DNA of 64,000 nt from Raillietiella orientalis (lineage: Eukaryota), in assembly GCA_036172245.1 (NCBI GenBank), contig JAYWIR010000131.1:1-64000 (forward strand), written 5' to 3'. The position numbers and the translations under genes were made by a program. The notes under the pieces are model-generated. The model was not told the origin of the DNA and ran no database searches. It was given only the letters and a program-made list of their open reading frames with translations. Positions 54,001-64,000 of the stretch are shown here, one piece after another. How positions within the stretch are numbered: the first letter of the stretch is position 1; every line of letters starts with the position of its first letter.

Positions 54001-56790
54001 TGCACCTAAACGACCATGGCCGCTTCCCGATGAATTCGGTCGCAATCCTGAGACATCAAAATGGTTGGAATCAATCAACTTCCTTTTCCAGCATAGAAAT
54101 AGAATCTTTGAAGTGCATCAAAAAAATTCCTTTATCTTTTCTATTTCCAATGTGGTGTTTTCCGTACAAATCTCCGCACTTGCACCAAAACGACCATGGC
54201 CGTTTCCCGATGAATTCGGTCGCAATCCTGAGACATCAAAATGGTTGGAATCAATCTACTTCGTCTCTCAGCATAGAAATTGAATCTTCAAAATTCATCA
54301 CAGAAATTCCTCTATGTTTTCTATTTCCAATTTGGTAGTTTCCGTCCAAATCTCCAAACTTGCATGTAAACGACCATGGCCGCTTCCCGATGAATTCGGT
54401 CGCAATCCTGAGACATCAAAATGGTTGGAATCAATCTACTTCGTCTTCCAGCATAGAAATAGAATCTTCAAAATGCATCACAAAAATTCCTCTATCTTTT
54501 CTATTTCCAATGTGGTGTTTTCCGTCCAAATCTCCGCACTTGCACCAAAACGACCATGGCCGGTTCCCGATGAATTCGGTCGCAATCCTGAGACATCAAA
54601 ATGGTTGGAAGCAATCTACTTCCACTTCCAACATACAAATAGAATCTTCAAAGTGCATCAAAAAAATTCCTTTATCTTTTCTATTTCCAATGTGGTGTTT
54701 TCCGTACAAATCTTCGCACTTGCACCAACACGACCATGGCCGGTTCCCGATGAATTCGGTCGCAATCCTGAGACATCAAAATGGTTGGAATCAATCTACT
54801 TCTACTTCCAGCATAGAAATAGAATCTTCAAAGTGCATCAAAAAAATTCCTCTATCTTTTCTATTTCCAATGTGGTGTTTTCCGTCCAAATCTCCGCACT
54901 TGCACCTAAAGGAACATGGCCGGTTCCCGATGAATTCGGTCGCAATCCTGAGACATGAAAATGGTTGAAATCAATCTACTTCCACTTCCTGCATCGAAAT
55001 ACAATCATTAAAATGCATGAAAAAAATTCCTCTATCTTTTCTATTTCAATGTGGTGTTTTCCGTCCAAATCTCCGCACTTACACCTAAACGACCATGGCC
55101 GCGTCCCGATGAATTCGGTCGCAATGCTGAGACATCAAAATGGTTGGAATCAATCTACTTCGTCTTCCAGCATAGAAATTGAATCTTCAAAATGCATCAC
55201 AGAAATTCCTCTATGTTTTCTATTTCCAATGTGGTATTTTCCGTCCAAATCCTCGCACTTGCACCAACACGACCATGGCCGGATCCCGATGAATTCGGTC
55301 GCAATCGTGAGACATGAAAATGGTTGGAATCAATGTACTTTCACTTCCAGCATAGAGATAGAATCCTCAAAGTGCATCAAAAAAATTCATCTATCTTTTC
55401 TATTTCTAATGTGGTGTTTTCCGTCCATATCTCCGCACTTGCTCCAAAACGACCATGGCCGTTTCCCGATGAATTCGGTCGCAATCCTGAGACATCGAAA
55501 TGGTTGGAAGCAATCTACTTCCACTTCCAGCATAGAAATAGAATCTTCAAAGTGCATCCAAAAAATTCCTCTATCTTTTCTATTTCCAATGTATTGTTTT
55601 CCGTCCAAATCTCCGCACTTGCACCTAAACGACCATGGACGCTTCCCGATGAATTCGGTCGCAATCCTGAGACATCAAAATGGTTGGAATCAATCTACTT
55701 CCTCTTCCAGCATAGAAATAGAATCTTTGAAGTGCATCAAAGAAATTCCTCTATCTTTTCTATTTCCAATGTGGTGTTTTCCGTCCAAATCTGCCCACTT
55801 GCACCTAAACGAACATGGCCGGTTCCCGATGAATTAGGTCGCAATCCTGAGACATGAAGATGGTTGGAATCAATCTACTTCCACTTCCTGCATCGAGATA
55901 CAATCGTTAGAATGCAAGCAGAAAATTCCTCTATCTTTTCTATTTCCATTGTGATGTTTTCCGTCCAAATCTCCGCACTTGCACATCAACGACCATGGCC
56001 GGTTCCCGATGAATTCGGTCGCAATCCTGAGACATGAAGATGGTTGGAATCAATCTACTTCCACTTCCTGCATCGAGATACAATCGTTAAAATGCATGCA
56101 GAAAATTCCTCTATCTTTTCTATTTTCATTGTGGTGTTTTCCGTCCAAATCTCCGCACTTGCACGTAAACGACCGTGGCCGGTTCCCGATGAATTCGGTC
56201 GCAATCCTGAGACATGAAAATGGTTGTAATCAATCTACTTCCACTTCCAGCACAGAAATAGAATTTTCAAAGTGCATCAAAAAAATTCCTCTATTTTTTG
56301 TATTTCCAATGTGGATTTTTCCGTCCAAATCTCCGCACTTGTACCAAAACGACCATGGCCGGTTCCCGATGATTACGGTCGCAATCGTGAGACATGAAGA
56401 TGGTTGGAATCAATCTACTTCCACTTCCAGCAAAGAAATAGAATCTTCAAAATGCGTCACAAAAATTCCTCTATCTTTTGTATTTCCAATGTGGATTTTT
56501 CCGTCCAAATCTCCGAACTTGTACCAAAACGACCATGGCCGGTTCCCGATGATTACCGTCGCAATCGTGAGACATGAAGATGGTTGGAATCAATCTACTT
56601 CCACTTCCTGCATCGAGATACAATCGTTAAAATGCATGAAAAAAATTCCTCTATCTTTTCTATTTCCAATGTGGTGTTTTCCTTCCAAATCTCCGCACTT
56701 GCACGTAAACGACCATGGCCGGTTCCCGATGATTACGGTCGCAATCGTGAGACATGAAGATGGTTGGAATCAATCTACTTCCACTTCCAG
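51030..56790 (+). repeat. 16-monomer tandem duplication (about 2878 bp)
   Basis: ORF pairs 52087/54965, 52446/55324 and 53101/55979 are offset by 2878. Shared private variants are CTAAAGGAACATGG, AATTCATCTATC and GCACATCAACG. Confidence 0.92.
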
Positions 56791-58769
56791 CAAAGAAATA
56801 GAATCTTCAAAATGCGTCACAAAAATTCCTCTATCTTTTCTATTTCCAATGTGGTGTTTTCCGTCGAAATCTGCCCACTTGCACCTAAATGAACATGGCC
56901 GGTTCCCGATAAATTCGGTCGCAATCCTGAGACATCAAAATAATTGGAAGCAATGTACTTCCACTTTCTGCATCCAAATAGAATCCTGTAAGTGCATCCG
57001 AAAAATTCCTCTATCTTTTCTATTTCCAATGTGGTGTTTTCCTTCCAAATCTCCCTACTTGCACCTAAACGAACATGGCCGGTTCCCGATAAATTCGGTC
57101 GCAATCCTGAGACATCAAGATGTTTGGAAGCAATGTACTTCCACTACCTGCATCCAAATAGAATCCTGTAAGTGCAACCGAAAAATTCCTCTATCTTTTC
57201 TATTTCCAATGTGGTGTTTTTTTTCCAAATCTCCGCACTTGCACGTAAACGACCGTTGCCGGTTCCCGATGAATTCGGTCGCAATCCTGAGACATGAAAA
57301 GGGTTGTAATCAATCTACTTCCACTTCCAGCATAGAAATAGAATCTACAAAGTGCATCAAAAAAATTCCTCCATCTTTTCTATTTCCAATGTGGTGTTTT
57401 CCGTCCAAATCTCCGCACTTGCACCTAAACGAACATGGCCGGTTCCCGATGAATTCGGTCGCAATCCTGAGACATGAAGATGGATGGAATCAATCTACTT
57501 CCACTTCCTGCATCGAGATACAATCGTTAAAATGCATGCAGAAAATTCCTCTATCTTTTCTATTTCCATTGTGGTGTTTTCCGTCCAAATCTGCGCACTT
57601 GCACGTAAACGACCATGGCCGGTTCCCGATGAATTCGGTCGCAATCCTGAGACATGAAAATGGTTGGAATCAATCTACTTCCACTTCCAGCATAGAAACA
57701 TAATCTTCAAAATGCATCAAAAAAATTTCTCTATCTTTTCTATTTCCAATGTGGTGTTTTCCGTCCAAATCTCCCCACTTGCACCTAAATGAACATGGCC
57801 GGTGCCCGAAAAATTCGGTCGCAATCCTGAGACATCAAAATGGTTGGAAGCAATGTACTTCCACTTCCTGCATCCAAATAGAATCCTGTAAGTTCATCCG
57901 AAAAATTCCTTCATCTTTTCTATTTCCAATGTGGTGTTTTCCTTCCAAATCTCCGCACTTGCACGTAAACGACCATGGCCGGTTCCCGATGAATTCGGTC
58001 GCAATCCTCAGACATGAAAATGGTTGAAATCAATCTACTTCCACTTCCTGCATCGAGATAGAATCTTCAAAATGCATCAAAAAAATTCCTTTATCTTTTG
58101 TATTTCCAATGTGGATTTTTCCGTCCAAATCTCCGAACTTGTATCTAAACGACCATGGCCGGTTGCCGATGATTACGGTCGCAATCCTGAGACATGAAGA
58201 TGGTTGGAATCAATCTACTTCCACTTCCTGCATCGAGATACAATCGTTAAAATGCATTCAGAAAATTCCTCTATCTTTTCTATTTCCATTGTGGTGTTTT
58301 CCGTCCAAATCTCCGCACTTGCACGTAAACGACCGAGGCCGGTTCCCGATGAATTCGGTCGCAATCCTGAGACATGAAAAGGGTGGTAATCAATCTACTT
58401 CCACTTCCAGCATAGAAATAGAATCTACAAAGTGCACCAAAAAAATTCCTCTATCTTCTCTATTTCCAATGTGGTGTTTTCCGTCCAAATCTCAACATTA
58501 GCACCTAAACGAACATGGCCGGTTCCCGATGAATTCGGTCGCAATCCTGAGACATGAAAATGGTTGAAATCAATCTACTTCCACTTCCTGCATCGAGATA
58601 CAATCGTTAAAATGGATGAAAAAAATTCCTCTATCTTTTCTATTTCCAATGTGGTGTTTTCCGTCCAAATCTCCGCACTTGCACCTAAACGAACATGGCC
58701 GGTTCCCGATCAATTCGCTCGCAATCCTGAGACATGAAAATGGTTGTAATCAATCTACTTCCACTTCCA

Positions 58770-60120
58770 GCACAGAAATAGAATCTTCAAAGTGCATCAA
58801 AAAAATTCCTTTATCTTTTCAATTTCCAATGTGTTGTTTTCCGTCCAAATCTTCGCACTTGCACGTAAACGACCATGGCCGGTTCCCGATGAATTCGGTC
58901 GCAATCCCGAGACATGAAAATAGTTGAAATCAATCTACTTCCACTTCCTGCATCGAGATACAATCGTTAAAATGCATGAAAAAAATTCCTCTATCTTTTC
59001 TATATCCAATGTGGTGTTTTCCGTCCAAATCTCCGCACTTGCACGTAAACGACCATGGCCGGTTCCCGATGAATTCGGTGGCAATCCTGAGGCATGAAAA
59101 TGGTTGTAATCAATCTACTTCCACTTCCAGCATAGAAATAGAATCTTTAAAGTGCATCAAAAAAATTCCTCTATCTTTTGTATTTCCAATGTGGATTTTT
59201 CCGTCCAAATCTCCGAACTTGTACCAAAACGACCATGGCCGGTTCCCGATGATTACCGTCGCAATCGTGAGACATGAAGATGGTTGGAATCAATCTACTT
59301 CCACTTCCTGCATCGAGATACAATCGTTAAAATGCATGAAAAAAATTCCTCTATCTTTTCTATTTCCAATGTGGTGTTTTCCTTCCAAATCTCCGCACTT
59401 GCACGTAAACGACCATGGCCTGTTCCCGATGAATTCGGTCGCAATCCTGAGACATGAAAATGGTTGGAATCAATCTACTTCCACTTTCTGCATCGAGATA
59501 GAATCTTCAAAGTGCATCGCAATAATTCCTCTATCTTTTCTATTTCCAATGTGGTGTTTTCCGTCCAAATATCCCCACTTGCACCTAAACGAACATAACC
59601 GGTTCCCGATGAATTCGGTCGCAATCCTGAGACATGAAAATGGTTGTAATCAATCTACTTCCACTTCCAGCATAGAAATAGAATCTTCAAAGTGCATCAA
59701 AAAAATTCCTTTATCTTTTCAATTTCCAATGTGTTGTTTTCCGTCCAAATCTTCGCACTTGCACGTAAACGACCATGGCCGGTTCCCGATGAATTCGGTC
59801 GCAATCCCGAGACATGAAAATAGTTGAAATCAATCTACTTCCACTTCCTGCATCGAGATACAATCGTTAAAATGCATGAAGAAAATTCCTCTATCTTTTC
59901 TATTTCCAATGTGGTGTTTTCCGTCCAAATCTCCGCACTTGCACGTAAACGACCATGGCCGGTTCCTGATGAATTCGGTGGCAATCCTGAGGCATGAAAA
60001 TGGTTGTAATCAATCTACTTCCACTTCCAGCATAGAAATAGAATCTTTAAAGTGCATCAAAAAAATTCCTCTATCTTTTGTATTTCCAATGTGGATTTTT
60101 CCGTCCAAATCTCCGAACTT
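58770..60120 (+). repeat. About 2.5-monomer block repeated at 900-bp (5-monomer) offset
   Basis: CCCGAGACATGAAAATAGTTG and GGTGGCAATCCTGAGGCATG occur at about 58906/59806 and 59077/59977. Confidence 0.8.
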
Positions 60121-63040
60121 GTACCTAAACGACCATGGCCGGTTCCCGATGATTACGGTCGCAATTCTGAGACATGAAGATGGTTGGAATCAATCCACTT
60201 CCACTTCCTGCATCGAGATACAATCGTTAAAATGCATTCAGAAAATTCCTCTATCTTTTCTATTTCCATTGTGGTGTTTTCCGTCCAAATATCCCCACTT
60301 GCACCTAAACGAACATAACCGGTTCCCGATGAATTCGGTCGCAATCCCGAGACATGAAAATGGTTGTAATCAATCTACTTCCACTTCCTACATCGATATA
60401 GAATCTTCAAAATGCATCACAAAAATTCCTTTATCTTTTCTATTTCCAATGTGGTGTTTTCCGTCCAAATCTCCCCACTTGCACGTAAACGAACATGGCC
60501 GGTTCCCGATGAATTCGGTCGCAATCCTGAGACATGAAAATGGTTGTAATCAATCTACTTCCACTGCCAGCATAGAAATAGAATCTTCAAAGTGCATCAA
60601 AAAAATTCCTCTAGCTTTTGTATTTCCAATGTGGATTTTTCCGTCCAAATCTCCGAACTTGTACCTAAACGACCATGGCCGGTTCCCGATGATTACGGTC
60701 GAAATCCTGAGACATGAAGATGGTTGGAATCAATCTACTTCCACTTCCTGCATCGAGATACAATCGTTAAAATGCATTCAGAAAATTCCTCTATCTTTTC
60801 TATTTCCATTGTCTTGTTTTCCGTCCAAATATCCCCACTTGCACCTAAACGAACATAACCGGTTCCCGATGAATTCGGTCGCAATCCTGAGACATGAAAA
60901 TGGTTGTAATCAATCTACTTCCACTTCCTACATCGAGATAGAATCTTCAAAATGCATCAAAAAAATTCGTCTATCTTTTCTATTTCCAATGTAGTGTTTT
61001 CCGTCCAAATCTGCCCACTTGCACTTAAACGAACATGGCCGGTTCCCGATAAATTCGGTCGCAATCCTGAGACATCAAAATGGTTGGAAGCAATGTACTT
61101 CCACTTCCTACATCCAAATAGAATCCTGTAAGTGCATCCGAAAAATTCCTCTATCTTTTCTATTTCCAATGTGGTGTTTTCCTTCCAAATCTCCGCACTT
61201 GCACGTAAACGACCATGGCCGGTAACCGATGAATTCGGACGCAATTCTCAGACATGAAAATGGTTGAAATCAATCTACTTCCACTTCCTGCATCGAGATA
61301 CAATCGTTAAAATGCATGAAAAAAATTCCTTCATCTTTTCTATTTCCAATGTGGTGTTTTCCTTCCAAATCTCCGCACTTGCACGTAAACGACCATGCCC
61401 TGTTCCCGATGAATTCGGTCGCAATCCTGAGACATGAAAATGGTTGGAATCAATCTACTTCCACTTCCTGCATCGAGATAGAATCTTCAAAATACATCGC
61501 AAAAATTCCTCTATCTTTTGTATTTCCAATGTGGATTTTTCCGTCCAAATCTCCGAACTTGTACCTAAACGACCATGGCCGGTTCCCGATGATTACGGTC
61601 GCAATTCTGAGACATGAAGATGGTTGGAATCAATCTACTTCCACTTCCTGCATCGAGATACAATCGTTAAAATGCATTCAGAAAATTCCTCTATCTTTTC
61701 TATTTCCATTGTGGTGTTTTCCGTCCAAATATCCCCACTTGCACCTAAACGAACATAACCGGTTCCCGATGAATTCGGTCGCAATCCCGAGACATGAAAA
61801 TGGTTGTAATCAATCTACTTCCACTTCCTACATCGATATAGAATCTTCAAAATGCATCACAAAAATTCCTTTATCTTTTCTATTTCCAATGTGGTGTTTT
61901 CCGTCCAAATCTCCCCACTTGCACGTAAACGAACATGGCCGGTTCCCGATGAATTCGGTCGCAATCCTGAGACATGAAAATGGTTGTAATCAATCTACTT
62001 CCACTGCCAGCATAGAAATAGAATCTTCAAAGTGCATCAAAAAAATTCCTCTAGCTTTTGTATTTCCAATGTGGATTTTTCCGTCCAAATCTCCGAACTT
62101 GTACCTAAACGACCATGGCCGGTTCCCGATGATTACGGTCGAAATCCTGAGACATGAAGATGGTTGGAATCAATCTACTTCCACTTCCTGCATCGAGATA
62201 CAATCGTTAAAATGCATTCAGAAAATTCCTCTATCTTTTCTATTTCCATTGTCTTGTTTTCCGTCCAAATATCCCCACTTGCACCTAAACGAACATAACC
62301 GGTTCCCGATGAATTCGGTCGCAATCCTGAGACATGAAAATGGTTGTAATCAATCTACTTCCACTTCCTACATCGAGATAGAATCTTCAAAATGCATCAA
62401 AAAAATTCGTCTATCTTTTCTATTTCCAATGTAGTGTTTTCCGTCCAAATCTGCCCACTTGCACTTAAACGAACATGGCCGGTTCCCGATAAATTCGGTC
62501 GCAATCCTGAGACATCAAAATGGTTGGAAGCAATGTACTTCCACTTCCTACATCCAAATAGAATCCTGTAAGTGCATCCGAAAAATTCCTCTATCTTTTC
62601 TATTTCCAATGTGGTGTTTTCCTTCCAAATCTCCGCACTTGCACGTAAACGACCATGGCCGGTAACCGATGAATTCGGACGCAATTCTCAGACATGAAAA
62701 TGGTTGAAATCAATCTACTTCCACTTCCTGCATCGAGATACAATCGTTAAAATGCATGAAAAAAATTCCTTCATCTTTTCTATTTCCAATGTGGTGTTTT
62801 CCTTCCAAATCTCCGCACTTGCACGTAAACGACCATGCCCTGTTCCCGATGAATTCGGTCGCAATCCTGAGACATGAAAATGGTTGGAATCAATCTACTT
62901 CCACTTCCTGCATCGAGATAGAATCTTCAAAATACATCGCAAAAATTCCTCTATCTTTTGTATTTCCAATGTGGATTTTTCCGTCCAAATCTCCGAACTT
63001 GTACCTAAACGACCATGGCCGGTTCCCGATGATTACGGTC
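60061..63040 (+). repeat. 8-monomer tandem duplication (1440 bp)
   Basis: Private variants CATCGATATA, CCACTGCCAG, CCATTGTCTTG and GGTAACCGATGAATTCGGAC each recur at +1440. ORF pairs are 60957/62397, 61019/62459 and 61316/62756. I noticed only one difference between the copies (60186 vs 61626). Confidence 0.95.
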
Positions 63041-64000
63041 ACAATCCTGAGACATGAAGATGGTTGGAATCAATCTACTTCCACTTCCTGCATCGAGATA
63101 CAATCGTTAAAATGCATGCAGAAAATTCCTCTATCTTTTCTATTTCCATTGTGGTGTTTTCCGTCCAAATCTCCGCACTTGCACGTAAACGACCGTGGCC
63201 GGTTCCCGATGAATTCGGTCGCAATCCTGAGACATGAAAAGGGTTGGAATCAATCTACTTCCACTTCCAGCATAGAAATAGAATCTTCAAAGTGCATCAA
63301 AAAAATTCCTTTATCTTTTCAATTTCCAATGTGTTGTTTTCCGTCCAAATCTTCGCACTTGCACGTAAACGACCATGGCCGGTTCCCGATGAATTCGGTC
63401 GCAATCCCGAGACATGAAAATGGTTGAAATCAATCTACTTCCACTTCCTGCATCGAGATACAATCGTTAAAATGCATGAAGAAAATTCCTCTATCTTTTC
63501 TATTTCCATTGTGGTGTTTTCCGTCCAAATCTGCGCACTTGCACGTAAACGACCATGGCCGGTTCCCTATGAATTCGGTCGCAATCCTGAGACATGAAAA
63601 TGGTTGGAATCAATCTACTTCCACTTCCAGCATAGAAACATAATCTTCAAAATGCATCAAAAAAATTCCTCTATCTTTTCTATTTCCAATGTGGTGTTTT
63701 CCGTCCAAATCTCCCCACTTGCACCTAAATGAACATGGCCGGTTCCCGAAAAATTCGGTCGCAATCCTCAGACATGAAAATGGTTGAAATCAATCTATTT
63801 CCACTTCCTGCATCGAGATAGAATCTTCAAAATGCATCAAAAAAATTCCTTTATCTTTTGTATTTCCAATGTGGATTTTTCCGTCCAAATCTCCGAACTT
63901 GTATCTAAACGACCATGGCCGGTTGCCGATGATTACGGTCGCAATCCTGAGACATGAAGATGGTTGGAATCAATCTACTTCCACTTCCTGCATCGAGATA

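Larger units (their letters stand above)
1..64000 (+). repeat. 180-bp tandem satellite array (355 complete monomers + 135 bp), single orientation, open at both window ends; probably centromeric or heterochromatic satellite DNA
   Basis: CCAATGTGGTGTTTTCC recurs at exactly 1, 181, 361 and so on up to 12421, then continues with small register shifts to 63866. Most monomers carry GAATTC at monomer positions 66-71 and CCATGG at 48-53. No non-repeat sequence is seen. The centromeric interpretation is inference from monomer size and array length. Confidence 0.99.
13133..64000 (+). repeat. Subfamily B-dominated domain with embedded A-type islands (about 16370-18000, 24290-25800, 46590-52900 and 53940-55750)
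   Basis: B monomers carry CACCTAAACGAACA or CACGTAAACG, GACATGAAAA or GACATGAAGA, TTGTAATC or TTGAAATC, and CTGCATCGAGATACAATCGTTAAAATGCATG. The islands revert to CCAAAACGACC, TTCGTCTTCCAGC and AAATTGAATC. Boundaries are approximate. Confidence 0.75.

Noticed and set aside
6..63427. All ORFs in the six-frame track as protein-coding genes
   Set aside because: They are translations of the 180-bp repeat, overlap in several frames and on both strands, and start or stop wherever a monomer variant creates a codon. I recognise no domain or gene context.
1..64000. CRISPR array or other repeat-spacer system
   Set aside because: The full 180 bp is repeated, with no unique spacers, leader or cas genes.
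1..64000. Embedded transposon, inversion or telomeric repeat
   Set aside because: Monomer register is accounted for across the whole window by indels of 8 bp or less (net -35 bp), leaving no room for an insertion. All monomers are on the same strand.
1..64000. Ordered variant pattern as an information-storage or diversity-generating system
   Set aside because: Monomer order is explained by ordinary duplication, deletion and conversion. No recombinase, reverse transcriptase or expression site is present in the window.

Overview
The whole 64,000-bp window is one uninterrupted, head-to-tail array of a 180-bp tandem repeat (satellite DNA). It holds 355 complete monomers plus a 135-bp partial one; the indels I counted sum to -35 bp, which matches the last monomer starting at 63866. 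Consensus read from the sequence: CCAATGTGGTGTTTTCCGTCCAAATCTCCGCACTTGCACCAAAACGACCATGGCCGGTTCCCGATGAATTCGGTCGCAATCCTGAGACATCAAAATGGTTGGAATCAATCTACTTCCACTTCCAGCATAGAAATAGAATCTTCAAAATGCATCAAAAAAATTCCTCTATCTTTTCTATTT (41% GC, one EcoRI and one NcoI site). I see no genes, RNA genes, transposons, inversions, CRISPR spacers or unique sequence. The ORFs in the track are by-products of a 180 = 3 x 60 period. The nucleosome-sized monomer and array length point to eukaryotic centromeric or heterochromatic satellite, but I cannot name the family or organism. The structure of interest lies in the variants: two monomer subfamilies (A and B) in domains, a mosaic of local higher-order duplications of many sizes (3, 5, 6, 8, 11, 12, 13 and 16 monomers), dispersed copies of multi-monomer blocks, visible recombination junctions, and short dyad symmetries. 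Some stretches between about 40.9 and 54.9 kb look like assembly or consensus artefacts. I find no support for a novel protein-coding or defence system.
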